Assembly: GCA_964016885.1 (NCBI GenBank)
Contig: OZ024741.1
Location: 134,664,001 to 134,728,000, forward strand
Length of the DNA stretch: 64,000 nucleotides
Direction: 5' to 3'
From: Eledone cirrhosa
Lineage: Eukaryota
The notes beneath the pieces are model-generated. The model saw only the letters and a program-made list of their open reading frames with translations, was not told the DNA's origin and did not search any database. A program made the translations under genes and the position numbers. This document shows, piece after piece, positions 13,490 through 31,450 of this stretch. The stretch's first letter is position 1; each line of letters begins with the position of its first letter.

Positions 13490-14811
13490 GTCTACACGAC
13501 CGATCTGTCGGTCATTTTAGGAGTTATGGGCCACAACCTGACTAGACATCTGGTTGAGAGCTCTTTTCACACTGTTTATAATTCCTAGCAGTGGATGCAG
13601 CAGCAATGACAAATGGTTAAGAAGTTCACTTATAACCATTAGGTTCAGGGTTCAACTCCACTGTTTGGCATTTTAGGCAAATGTCATTTACGAAATTTCA
13701 TTCACAAAGCATGGATGAACCTGAGTCTATGGTAAATGACAGTTGAAACAGACTTAATTAATCAGAGATGTCGCTAAATGAGGTAGGATTGGTATTAGTT
13801 GTGTTAGTGCAGGTGAGTTGCTGGGTATATGAAGTGGTAGTATGTGGTGATAGGGCCTGTTGGGCTAAGTAGTATTAATGGTGGTATATAGTCAGGGTGT
13901 TTGGTTCAGAATCATAAGGTTGTGAAATTCATTCCAGGACCCGATGGCACACTGTATTTCACATTATTCCAGTCCATAAAAAGACACTTTATTTCACATT
14001 ACTCCAGTCCATTCAGCTGTCAAAAATGAGTTGTACCTGCAATTCAAACTGTCAACCTTGTCACTCAGTGTCACACAGAATCTACCTGAGAACTATGTTA
14101 AGGGAACATATATCTGTCAAATCACTCTCAGTAGAGTTCGAAGTCAGAAACATTGATGTAGCTGGCTAAGAACTGTGGCATAAACGTGGCTGAACATTCC
14201 ACAGGCATGTGTACCTTTAACATAATTCTCTGGGGGATTCAGCATAACATACAGTGTGTGATAAGGTTGGACCTTTGAATTACGGTTACAGTTCATCAGA
14301 TGGGCTTCCAAATTAGTTTCTGTCTACCAAATTTCATTCACAAAGCATGGATCAACCTGAGACTATGGTTAATGACACTTGTCTAAAATGTCAAACAACG
14401 GAGTTGAACCCTGAACCTAATGATAAACGTACATATGTTCAATCATGATTTTGAGTTTAAAACAGTAATTATCAAGTTAAAAACTCATAGGAATTAAGTG
14501 TTTTAAATTTGAATATAAATATGCAAGAAAAATATTTTATCCTGGTATTTCTGACATAAGTCCTAATGATTATAAGTGAACTTCTTAACAATGTGTCATT
14601 GTTACTGCATCCACTGCTAGGAATTGTAAACCGCGTGAAAAGAACTCTCAACTAAATGTCTTGTCAGGTTATTATGACCCATAACTTCTACAACCAAGAA
14701 ACGAACGAACGACCGATTGGGCGTGTAGACTAATAAGAGAAAAGTAGGAAGTGAGGACAAGTAAGAGAAGAAAGAGGAGGAGATGTGAGGAGACGAAAAA
14801 GGATATTCAGT

Positions 14812-14850
14812 TATACAAGACCGCGCAGTACACGTTGCTCTTTATTCAGT
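14812..14850 (+). promoter_or_regulatory. core promoter of copy A: TATA-like TATACAAG and Inr TCAGT
   Basis: Same position and spacing as TATAAAAG/TCAGT in copy C; about 140 nt before the ATG exon. Confidence 0.55.
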
Positions 14851-14988
14851 CACTCTCGATCTCACGTAGGATTCCTCACATCCCAGTGAGTCTATCTATT
14901 CGGCTCAGGTTTCTTCCCGTATTTCCTAAAATCACAGAACAATTCACTTCTTTCTTGAACACTCAAAAATACTATCAAATCTTTAATA

Positions 14989-19398
<4,410 letters not shown>

Positions 19399-19438
19399 AT
19401 TTCCACAATTAATTAATTAAAATGTAACAAGGTTTTGA

Positions 19439-19444
19439 AATAAA
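19439..19444 (+). terminator. polyadenylation signal AATAAA (copy A)
   Basis: About 40 nt after the stop; the same motif is conserved after nearly all copies. Confidence 0.5.
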
Positions 19445-19735
19445 TTTTATCCCATTTGTAAAATAAGTTGGATTACTTTGAATAAATAATGAATGAATAT
19501 TACATAATTTATCTACTCAATTTCGTAAATAAAAATAATTTCGTAAAAATAAATAATTTAAAATTGACTTTTCAAAGTTGCACTTCTGTTATATCATCGA
19601 CACCACAGCCACTTCAACTACCATATATATAGAAAGAGAGAGTGTGTGTGATGTCAACACTTCCGGTGGCGATCACATAAATAAACATGCTAATTTTCTC
19701 CTAATGCATCATCATCATCATCGTTTAACGTCCGT

Positions 19736-22058
19736 GTCGTAGGAAGGTGTGGAGAAGAAAGGTCTGGAAGCTAAAAGACCTTTCACTAAAATTCAAATTT
19801 AGGAAAGCCCTTCAAGATGTATATGACGAAAAAGAAGACGATTTAGAGACGTATGACATAGATAATAACTGGAAGTTCTTACGTGACAACTTGCTGAAGG
19901 CTACTGATGAAACCTGTGGCTGGAGCCGAGCTCCAACCAGACAGAGTGACCTGGTGGTGGAACACCAGTGTAGATAAGGCTATTAGAGACAAAAGACTAG
20001 CATGGAAGGCTTGGAATAAGGGTGGGAGTAGGGAAGAATATACAGCCACTAAGAGAGAAGCTAGACGTCAGGTGTACTTAGCACGCAGGGAGGCAGAGAG
20101 TAGGAGGTTTGCCAATATTCTGCGACGGGAAGATCAGAGGCGTGCGGTGTTCCACATTGCAAGGCAGTGTGTCAATGCAAATCAGGATGTTGTTGGTGAT
20201 AAATGTGTCCGGGATGATGCCGGTGTACTTAGTGTCACGAATGACCAGAAAAAGGAGGCCTGGAAATGTCATTATGAGAGACTGATGAATGTGGAGAACG
20301 AATGGGAGAGAGAGAAATTACCCTTGGTAGATCCGACAGAGGGACCAGCTATTGAGATTGACGAATATAGGGTCCAAGAGGCGATTAGGGAAATGAAAAA
20401 TGGTAAGGCGGCCGGACCATCGGGAATAGTTGCTGAGATGCTGAAGGCATCAGGGGACGTAGGCACTAAACTGGTTGCACGCATAATCAATCAGGCTATA
20501 TATGGTGGTGTCATACCCAAAGACTGGTGCAGCAGTATTCTCATAAATTGCTACAAAGGTAAAGGGGATGCTTTGGAGAGGAGCAATTATAGGGGTATAA
20601 AACTGATAGATCAGGTTATGAAAGTGGCAGAAAGGATTTTAGCACAACTAATTAGAGAAAGGGTCAAACTAGATGAGATGCAGTTTGGTTTTGTGCCTGG
20701 GAAGAGTACAACAGATGCCCTCTTCTTGGTGAGACAAATGCAAGAGAGGTTCTTAGAGAAGAATAAGCCACTATACTTGGCCTTTGTTGACCTAGAGAAG
20801 GCCTTTGATAGGGTACCCCGATCTGTCATCTGGTGGTCCCTAAGGAAGCTGGGTGTTGAGGAATGGCTTGTAAGGACAGTGCAAACTTTGTACAGAGGTA
20901 CTCTCAGTAAAGTCAGGGTAGGAATGGAGTTTAGTGAGGAATTCCAGATACAAGTAGGAGTACATCAGGGTTCGGTCCTCAGCCCGCTCTTGTTCATTAT
21001 AGTCCTCCAAGCCATAACAGAGGAGTTTAAGACTGGCTGTCCATGGGAACTTCTCTATGCTGACGATCTGGCTCTTATGGCAGAATCAGTAGAGGAGCTA
21101 GAGAATAAATTCCGGCTATGGAAACAGCAGTTGGAAGCAAGAGGACTGAGAGTAAATCTAGCTAAGACAAAAGTGTTGATGAGTAGAAAAGAGGACAAAA
21201 CCCTGATTCCGTCAGGGAAATGGCCATGTTCGATATGCAGAAAAGGAACTGGCATAAATTCTATAAAATGCACACAATGTAGGTCCTGGGTACACAAGAG
21301 ATGTAGCGGGATAGCAGGCAAACTAACAGGTAGGGAGAAATATGTATGCAGTAGATGTACAGGGAAATTAGACAGTAGAAGTCGCACTGATAGACACATT
21401 TTTCAAATGCGAGAGGGCGCTATAGAAGTGGTGGATAGCTTCCGGTACCTAGGAGATCAGATTAGCATGGGAGGAGGGTGTTCCGAGGCCATAGTATCTA
21501 GAATAAGGACGGGTTGGAAGAAGTTTAGGGAGCTGCTTCCTCTGTTGACGAAGAAGGGTTTCTCCCTGCGTACGAAAGGCCGGTTGTATGATGCCTGTGT
21601 GAGGAGCGCGATGCTGCATGGTAGTGAGACATGGGCAGCTACCGCAGAAGATATGCGACGGCTGGAGAGAAATGAGGCAAGCATGCTCTGTTGGATGTGC
21701 AGTGTAAATGTGCGTGAACGACCCAGCATAAATGTGTTGAGAGAGAAACTGTGTCTGAGAGGGATAGAATGTAGTGTACGGGAGAGGAGACTGAGGTGGT
21801 ATGGACATGTGATGCGCATGGAGGATGACCGATGGGTGAAGAAGTGCCAGGAAATGCCAGTTGAAGGAAGACGTAGTAGAGGTAGACCACGAAAAACATG
21901 GGCGGAGGTGGTGAGAACAGACCTCAGATCATTGAAGCTCACGGTGGAGATGACGAGGGACCGTGACGAGTGGAGAGATGCTGTGCTGAATAAGACCCGT
22001 CCCACCCTTGCAAGCAGGGAAAAGCGGACGTAAAATGATGATGATGATGATGATGATG
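19736..22058 (+). mobile_element. 5'-truncated RTE-clade LINE, young, (TGA)n tail
   Basis: 708-aa ORF with RT motifs and a (GAT)n tail right after the stop; no endonuclease domain. Confidence 0.92.
19907..22033 (+). CDS. non-LTR reverse transcriptase (RTE) with PHD-like Cys finger
   Basis: NYRGIKL, QFGF, DLEKAFDRV, QGSVLSP, YADD; CSIC-x10-CTQC...HKRC...CSRC; RRLRWYGHVMRM..RGRPRKTW. A frameshift near 19940 separates the upstream part. Confidence 0.85.
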   Translation: MKPVAGAELQPDRVTWWWNTSVDKAIRDKRLAWKAWNKGGSREEYTATKREARRQVYLARREAESRRFANILRREDQRRAVFHIARQCVNANQDVVGDKCVRDDAGVLSVTNDQKKEAWKCHYERLMNVENEWEREKLPLVDPTEGPAIEIDEYRVQEAIREMKNGKAAGPSGIVAEMLKASGDVGTKLVARIINQAIYGGVIPKDWCSSILINCYKGKGDALERSNYRGIKLIDQVMKVAERILAQLIRERVKLDEMQFGFVPGKSTTDALFLVRQMQERFLEKNKPLYLAFVDLEKAFDRVPRSVIWWSLRKLGVEEWLVRTVQTLYRGTLSKVRVGMEFSEEFQIQVGVHQGSVLSPLLFIIVLQAITEEFKTGCPWELLYADDLALMAESVEELENKFRLWKQQLEARGLRVNLAKTKVLMSRKEDKTLIPSGKWPCSICRKGTGINSIKCTQCRSWVHKRCSGIAGKLTGREKYVCSRCTGKLDSRSRTDRHIFQMREGAIEVVDSFRYLGDQISMGGGCSEAIVSRIRTGWKKFRELLPLLTKKGFSLRTKGRLYDACVRSAMLHGSETWAATAEDMRRLERNEASMLCWMCSVNVRERPSINVLREKLCLRGIECSVRERRLRWYGHVMRMEDDRWVKKCQEMPVEGRRSRGRPRKTWAEVVRTDLRSLKLTVEMTRDRDEWRDAVLNKTRPTLASREKRT

Positions 22059-22380
22059 TTCCATGCTTGCATGGGTTTGGACGGGAGTTTTCCCAATTGA
22101 GGCAAGAGTGATTGTCTTGCTCGCATAGGACTGTCTGGCGGGTTTTCTACAGTTGGATGCCCTTCCTAACACCAACCACATTTACAGTGTGGGGCTGGGA
22201 GGTTTTTACCGTGTTGCCTACACGGCCACATTACAGCGTGGACTGTCTTGGCAGGTTTTCTACAGCTGGATGCCCTTCCTAACACCAACCACATTTACAG
22301 TGTGGGACTGGGACGTTTTTACCGTGTTGCCTACACGGTCACGTTATAGCGTGGACTGTGTTTTTTTTTCGTGACACCTA
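22059..22380 (-). mobile_element. SINE with RTE-derived tail (tail piece displaced to 19708-19735), internal ~112-bp tandem duplication
   Basis: ttccatgcttgcatggg continues catcatc-gtttaacgtccg; the ggatgcccttcctaacaccaaccac unit appears twice (22129-22352). Confidence 0.65.
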
Positions 22381-22529
22381 CACGATCTTATTTGTTTCGG
22401 CCTGGATTTTGTGGCACCAACATAACTTTACATTGAAAGGGGCGGTGTGGATGGGGTGGGGGTGGTGGGACGGGGGGTGTATTTTGTTAGAGATGCCTAC
22501 TGACTGTAGTAGGTTTTACTTTGTATTTA

Positions 22530-24585
22530 GGTAACGCAGGACTTCTCTATTACTGAGTACCGCCAAAGGTCTCGGTCCAGTGACATTGTCTTGGAGAGGT
22601 GTGTGTGAGGTCGGAATTTATCAGCTCGTCCCAGGTTTTTCTGGGTCTGCCTACTCCGTGGCTACCATCTATCTTTATTGCCCTGCACTTTGTTATACAG
22701 CTGTCGTCTATCATGCGCATCACGTGACCATACCAACGTAGCCTTCTCTCGAGTAAACATCTGATCCCTCTTATTTCTAATTTTCTCCTTAGTTCGTTTA
22801 TGCTTTGCCGTTCGCGTATATTACTATTACACATCCAGCGGAGCATGCAAGCTTCGTTCCTCTCTAGTCTGCGTATATCCTCTGCACACAATGCCCAGGT
22901 CTCACTGCCATGCAACATTGCTGTTCGTATGCAGGCATCATACAACCTGCCTTTCACTTTTAGGGAGAACCCTTTAGCGGCTAATAGTGGTATAAGCTCT
23001 GAACTTTTTCCATCCAGTTCTGACTCTAGCTACTGTACTTTCGGAGCACCCTCCCCCACTGCTGATTTTGTCACCCAGGTAACGGAAGCTGTCCACTATT
23101 TCTATAGAACCCTCTGCACAGTTGAAAGAGCTAGTATTCTGTGGGCACTTGCTGCTACTTATTGCACCAGAGCACCGGCCACATGTAAAATCTGTGTTCT
23201 TAGTTAGCTTACCTGTGATCCCACTACATCTTTTATGCACCCATACTTTGCATTTGGGACATAAAATGGAGTTTCTACCTACGCCTTTCCTACACACTGA
23301 GCATGGCCATTTCCCGGAAGGGACCGGCGCCTTATTTTATTTCCTACAAACTAGAACTTTAGTCTTAGCCAGGTTAATTTTAAGGCCTTTTGATTCTAGG
23401 CCGTGCTTCCATGTTTGGAATTTCTTCTCTAGCTCGGCCATTGATTCAGCTATGAGCGTTAGGTCATCTGCGTATAGGAGTTCCCATGGGCAGCCGGTCT
23501 TGAACTCCTCTGTTATAGTCTGAAGAGCAATAATGAATAGTAGGGGGCTAAGAACAGAGCCCTGATGGACACCAACTTTTACGCTAAACTCTTCACTATA
23601 TTCGTTGTTAATTCTAACCTTGCTCACTGTTTCTTTATACATGGCTTGTATAGCTCTCACAAGCCATTCGTCAACACCTAGTTTTCTAAGAGCCCACCAG
23701 ATAATGGAACGGGGGACTCTGTCGAAGGCTTTCTCCAAGTCGACAAAGGCTAAGTATAGGGGTTTACTTTTAGCTAGGTACTTCTCCTGTAGTTGTCGTA
23801 CAATGAAAAGAGCGTCTGTGGTACTTTTGCCTCACACAAACCTGAACTGCATTTCATCTAGATCGATTCTCTCTCTGATTAGTTGCACTATTACTTTTTC
23901 CGTGACCTTCATGACCTGGTCGATTAATTTAATCCCTCTATAGTTACTCCTATCTAGGGCGTCTCCTTTACCCTTGTAACAGTTAATGATGCTGCTACGC
24001 CAGTCCTTCGGAACAACCCCATTCTGTATGACTTGGTTAACTATGCGGGTGACCATGGTGTGTCCCACCGTTCCAGAGGCCTTCAGCATCTCAGCGACTA
24101 TTTCCGAAGGCCCAGCCGCCTTACCCGTCTTCATATCTTTGATTGCCTTACTTACTACCTTCAACTAACACTGCTGGTCCCTCTATTGGATCGATCTGGG
24201 AGAGACTATCCTTCTCCCATTTATTCTCCTCATTTAGTAGCCTCTCGTAGTGACACTTCCAAGCGACCTTCTTATCAGCGTCAGTAATGGCGAGTACGCC
24301 ATCATCATTTAGTACACACTTCTCCCCAACAATATCACGGTTTTCCTTGACACATTGCCTAGCAATCCTGAACACCTCACGTTTTTGGTCCTCGCGTTGT
24401 AGAACATGCTTGAACTTTCTTTCCTCTGCTTCCCTTCTTGCAAAGTACACTTGTCTCCTAGCTTCCCTCCTGGCCACTTGATAGTCTTCTCTACTTCTCC
24501 CATCCCGCCATATTTTCCAAGCCTGCTTTTTGGCCTTAATCGACTCCTCCACCTTACTGTTCCACCACCATGTTACTCTCCTCGC
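22530..24585 (-). mobile_element. decayed RTE-clade LINE (tail-to-tail with the + copy)
   Basis: Frameshifted ORFs with EKAFDRVP, YADDL, the Cys finger and RRLRWYGHVMRM. Confidence 0.9.
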
Positions 24586-25914
24586 AGTTTATAATGTATG
24601 ATGGATTACGTTACTGATTAAATAAGACAGTGTAACGCAGTCTTCGTTCAATTTCTGTGTATATTGTCAATTACGATTTTATTTGATGCATCATATCTAC
24701 ATGTATATATACCTGCGTATAATATCAATATACACACTGCACATGCTAGCAGAAAACCACCCCAAACGTGGTTTTTCTGCTAGTACATGTAATGATCTGA
24801 TGGTTACTTTTGTGTGGTGGTTGTAGATAGGGTTGCTATGGAGAATATGTGCTGGGGTCCCTTGCCTATTTTATTGATGTACTTTTCTACATTCCCTCAT
24901 CTAGTCCTTAAGATAGGTGTGCGTGTAGGGGATGGGGTTCTTTTCTTAGACCATAGATCGGGTCTAATTGCTTTCACCAAAGTGAACTACTTTAACAGCA
25001 ATCCAGATGTTGGTGTTAAGCTGTCCAACAGATATACTCACCTACCCACTACAATGATCTGTTCTGAACAAGACCCACATATATAAATGTCCGTTTCCTC
25101 TCTCGCTCCCTTTTTCCATTTTTTTCTTTTCTTTTTTTTCTTCTTGCATTTTTTTTCAATGGCTTACTGAGAAAAAGGCAATATCCTTGGTGTGCGTGTA
25201 GGGGTGGTGCCTTCCTCAGACCATAGAATAGGCCTAAGTGCTTTCAACAAAGTGAACATTAACAGTAGTTAAGATGTTGGTGTTAAGCTGAAATAGCATA
25301 ACTGTAAAGTGAAGCTCTTAACTAAACACCCATGTTCTCACCAACTAGCTTTTCATGTTTTCTTTTTTCTATTTATTTATTTTTTTAAATGAATGAAATA
25401 TAGTTTTGAAATATGGCACGTGGCTAACAAAGATGATTAAATAATTCCTTATACTTGACTAACGTGTCCTCGTCATTAGGGTGCTGGAATTAAGATCATA
25501 ATTTTGTGGGTTCGATTCTGGTGTTCTTGTGGAAAACATTTCATTTTACTGGCCTTGTTAGGGTGATGGACCTAAGATCATAATGTAGATTCGATTCCTG
25601 AACTAGGTAGCGTGTTCTTGAGTAAAACACTTAATGTTACGTTATTCCAGTATATTCTCAGCTGAAAATGAGTGCCAGCTGTAGCTGAGTGTTTAACCTT
25701 GCGATCGACTGGTGCCCTGTCCAGAGGAAAGTAATATATTGTCACTTCACGTGTGGCAAGAATAAAAACTATTATTAATGAGTGGAATAAAAGTTAATAG
25801 GGTACTTTTTGTAAATTATATTATAAAGCAGTTTCCTCCCTTAGTATGACTTTTGATTGAAATAAACACGACAGAACAAGGGAAATAACTAAGTTGTTCC
25901 CTGATGTACTAAAA

Positions 25915-26090
25915 ATAATTGTTTCTACTATTGGCACAATAGTAGAAACAATTACTGGTACTTTATTTTATCGACCCCGTAAGGATTAAAGGCAAAGTTA
26001 ACCTCGGCGGGATTTGAACTCAGAATGGCAAGGGCCGTAACTCTATGCGCCAAAGCATGGCGTCCGACCCTCTACCGATACTGCCAATTC
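25915..26090 (-). mobile_element. tRNA-derived SINE (same family as 4863-5050)
   Basis: Reverse complement of box A, box B and the central domain. Confidence 0.7.
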
Positions 26091-27572
26091 AGTGGTGGTG
26101 GTGGTTGTGGTGGTGTTTTGTGATGGTAGTGTTAGGTAGTTGTGGTGATGTTAGTGACAGTGTAGTAGTGGTTTTGTGGTAGAGCTAGTTGGGTTAAGCA
26201 GTATTAGTAATGGTGATATATAGTGTAGGAGAGTAGTGGTAGAGGTGATAATGGTAGAAACAGTATTGGTGGTGGTATTGTTGTTGGTGATAGTGGGCAC
26301 AGTAAAGCTATTCAGTCGAAGCGGGGTGTAATATGGAAAATATAAATCACCACAACCACATCTATTACCACAACCTCAACCACCACTACAACAATAACAT
26401 TAACCATCACCTCAACCCCAACTATAACCACAATTACATCAACAACAACTACAACAAACATTTGAATTCAGAACGGAATGGGCCATGACTATATGCCAAC
26501 CACACCAATTGATAATTAGTTTAAATCTTAATTTACCAATATCACTTTTATTCCAGTCGCTTCTAGAAAATTCAGCAAGAAAATACAAATTAAAATATTT
26601 CACTTCCCATTTTATGTTTCCTTGACGTTAAGTGACTGACAATATAAAACTTTCCTCTGGACAGGACACCAGTCGATCGCAAGGTTAAACTCTCAGTTAC
26701 AGCTGGCACTCATTTTCAGCTGAGAATATACTGGAACACAAAAATTGAACCCACAACACTATGGTCTTAATTCCAACACCCTAACCACGAAGCCACGTTA
26801 CTCAAGTACAGGGATTTACTCAACAATCTTAGCTAGCCATGTGCCATATTTAAAAACAATATTTCATTCATTTAAAGAAAGACATCTGTTGTTAGTTGGT
26901 GGAAATAAGGGTGTGTAGTTAAGATCTTTATTTACAGCTATGTTATTTCTGGTTGATTCCATTGCATAACACCTTAGGTATTTTACACTATAGCTCCAGA
27001 TCAGGTGATTTCTCCACAACATTTGGTAGACAGCAACTGTGCAGAAGCCTGCTGCTGGGGCCATTCTTTTTCTTGGGTAAGTGAGTGTATATCTGATGGC
27101 CAGCCTCACACCAGCATCTGGATTTGGACCGCTGTTAAAGTTGTTCACTTTGTTGAAAGCACTTAGGCCCATTCTATGGTCTAAGGAAAGAAACTCCCTA
27201 CCCGAGCACCTGTCTTAGGAACTTGAAAAGGGGCACGGACATTGCCTTATTCGGATGAAGCCCCTGAGGACAACTGCAATATGATTCCAAGAGATGAGTT
27301 AAAAAAAAGAGTGAAAGAGAATGTGGACATTCGTATATGTGAGGCTTGATCAGAACAGATCATTGTAGTTGTGGCAGGAAAGATGAGGGAACGTACATGA
27401 ATAAAATAGGCCAGTGATACCCAGCACACGTTCTCCTTAGCATCCTTACATAGAACCACCACACCACCAAAGTAACCTTCAGACCATTACATATATTAGA
27501 AAAAATAACAGATAAAAAAAGAACAAAACATTTATTTCAAAACATTGTTGCATTTTAATTCATTCAGGAAAT

Positions 27573-28094
27573 TTAATATTCACCCTGGAACTTAGCTACG
27601 TCCCCACCTGGAACAAGAGTTGGGGGCTGGTAGTTGATACCAACCTTGAAACTTGTTGGCCATCAGTCAACAAACTGAATTGTCCTCTTTGTCTTGATAG
27701 TCGAAATAGCTGCGTTGACATCTTTTGGTACTACATCAACACGGTACAACATACAGCAAGCCATGTATTTGCCATGACGTGGGTCACATTTTACCATCGG
27801 TTTGATGGTTCGAAACAAGCATTAGTGACCTCAGGAACGTGGTAAGCTTTTTCAGAAGAAATAATTGGAGAATATGTAGTCAATGGGAAGTGAATCCTAT
27901 GATAAAGTACCAAATTAGTCTGAAACTCAGTCAGATCCATTAAGAGCACCGTCAAATCTCAGAGAAGCAGTAATAGAACTGACTACCTGAGCAATTAAGC
28001 GGTTTAAGTTGGACGTTCAATATCCAGGTATCTTCTACAAATCATAGATGGCTTCATTATCAACCATAAAAACACAATCAGCTGTTGCTACTTG
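27573..28094 (-). pseudogene. TUBA: alpha-tubulin exon-3 fragment with C-terminal deletion (…VAKFQGEY*)
   Basis: [18 protein letters not shown]...CDPRHGKY...[14 protein letters not shown], with several deletions and frameshifts. Confidence 0.88.
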
Positions 28095-28539
28095 AAAAAT
28101 AAAATGCAAGAAGAAAAAAAATAAAAGAAGAAAAGAAGGAAAAAGGGAGCGAAAGAGAAAACGGACATTCATGTATGTGGGTGGCCCTTGTTCAGAAAAG
28201 ATCATTTTAGTGGGTAGGTGAGTATATCTGTTGGACAGCTTAGCACCAACATCTGGATTGCTGTTAAAGTAGTTCACTTTGGTGAAAGCAATTAGACCCG
28301 ATCTATGGTCTAAGGAAAGAAACCCACCCACTACACGCACACTTGTCTTAAGGACTAGATGAGGGAATGTAGAAAATTACATCAATAAAATAGGCAAAGG
28401 ACCCCAGCACACATTCTCCATAGCAACCCTATCTACAACCACCACACAAAAGTAGCCATCAGATCATTATATGTACTAGCAGAAAAACCACGTTTGAGGT
28501 GGTTTTCTGCTAGCATGTGCAGTGTGTATATTGATATTA

Positions 28540-28750
<211 letters not shown>

Positions 28751-30310
28751 CTGGAAGAGAAAAAATAGATTAGTGTATGGGTAAAAAATTGGTTTGGTGG
28801 TTGAAATCGCAAGAAAAGCTTCAGATAAGAAACTAAAAATTACTGTAAAGAAAAAGTGCGAAACTGGATGTAGGTTCCTTCCCTTTCATGTGTTTACTAA
28901 AATATTAAAAATAGAATTAAAAAATCCAACGCGAATTTGATATAGATCTATAAATCTACCCAAGCTTTGATCCGTGTAATCGAGGTGACAAAGTGGTATA
29001 TGTTGAATCAAAGTAATTCTCCACACACAGATAATGAGGATTTCTACAACACGTACAGTTGGGATGCATTAATGGGATAAACCTACGTTAGTTTTGACGA
29101 CGAATGTTGAGGTTGTTTAATAAACAGAACAGCCTGATCATGAAACTAACGTATATGTAGCTGAACATTCCAGACGTGTACCCATAACGTAATTCTCAGG
29201 GAGATTCAGCATGTCAGTTTGTGACAGGGAAACCTCTTTAAATTATAGGCAAAGTCCATTACTAAGACATGGTTCTTATAAAAATTATGTTGAAAGATTT
29301 TAATTTAAATAGAAATTCTTTAAAATGAGCGATTTTGTTTCATAGAACCAGAACCGGTTTTGGACAAGTTGGTATGAAAAGAAGCCATTATCAATTTCGG
29401 GTCTCTTCCTCGCTGTCAGAGGAAGGGCAAGCACCGAAACATGCTGTTTACAAATATATTAATTAACAGCAGGAATAAATAAAACGAAAGGAATGGAACT
29501 CGGCCCCTGAAGATCTCAGCTTTCCTGTAGTGTTGGTTACATAGGACTATAGGGATGAATAATTAGTTGCCCTTCGAATTATACGTAAGTCAATATTAGG
29601 ATTTTCAAAATCATCTTTGCTAGCCATGTGTTTCAAAACAATATTTCAATCATTTAAAAGAAGATATTTGTGTGTGGTTAAGAGCTCACTTTACAGCTAG
29701 GTTATTTCAGCTTAACACCAACATCTGGAGAGAAGGCCGTTAACGTTCACTTTGTTGAAAGCACTTAAGCCCGTTCTATGGTCTAAGGAAAGAGCCACCA
29801 CTACACGCACACCTTTCTTTGTGATTTGAAAAGGGGCAGGCAATTGAGAACAAATGCAATATCGTTCCAAGAAATGAGTAAAAGAAGAAGAAAAAGGAAA
29901 GGGGGAGCAAGAGAGAAAGAGGACGTTCCTATATGTGGGCCTTGTTCAGAACAGATCATTGTAGTGGGAAGGTGAGTATATCTGTTGGACAGCTTAGCAC
30001 TAACATCTGGACTGCTGTTAAAGTAGTTCACTTTGGTGAAAGCAATTAGACCAGATCTATGGTCTAAGGAAAGAACTCCACCCTCTACACACACACCTGT
30101 CTTAAGGACTAAATGAGGGAACGTAAAAAATTACATAAATTAAATAGGAAAGGGACCCCAGCACACATTATTCTCTGTAGCAACCCTACCTACAACCACC
30201 ACACCAAAGTTATCATCAGACCGTTACATGTATTGGGAAATAAAAAAAAGAACAACTAAATATAGATTAACTTCAAATTTTATTTCAAAACCTTGTTAGA
30301 TTCAGGAAAT

Positions 30311-31008
<698 letters not shown>

Positions 31009-31086
31009 TTACAGGCATAATCCATTACCAAGACAGTAACTTAACATGGTTCTTATAAAAATTATGTTGAAAGATTTTAATTTAAA

Positions 31087-31384
31087 CCAGACTACCCGTG
31101 ATCCAACGGGTCGCGTTCACTTCAAAATATGAAAAAAAAAATCATGTTCAAAAATAATTTTTAAATAATTAAAATATTTACAGACATGTATATAATGTGA
31201 AATGAAACGGGAAGGCCCATATATATACATGTGTGTATGTATATATATATATAAATGTGTGTGTGTATGTGTATACATATATATATATATGTATGTTACT
31301 GTCTATATATATATGTGGGTGTCTGAAATCTATATACACTGGCCAAGACACACACACACACACATATATATATATACACACACA

Positions 31385-31448
<64 letters not shown>

Positions 31449-31450
31449 AC
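31087..31450 (-). mobile_element. putative non-autonomous Helitron-like element with (TA/TG)n; paralogue at 52612-52920
   Basis: 3' hairpin acccgt...acgggt about 5 nt before a CTGG|T end on the - strand. Confidence 0.4.

Noticed and set aside
24814-25086. Recurrent ~90-aa ORF (...LDHRSGLIAFTKVNYFNSNPDVG...) in several 3' flanks
   Set aside because: GTG or other non-ATG starts, frame not kept across copies, no recognisable domain; explained by recent duplication.
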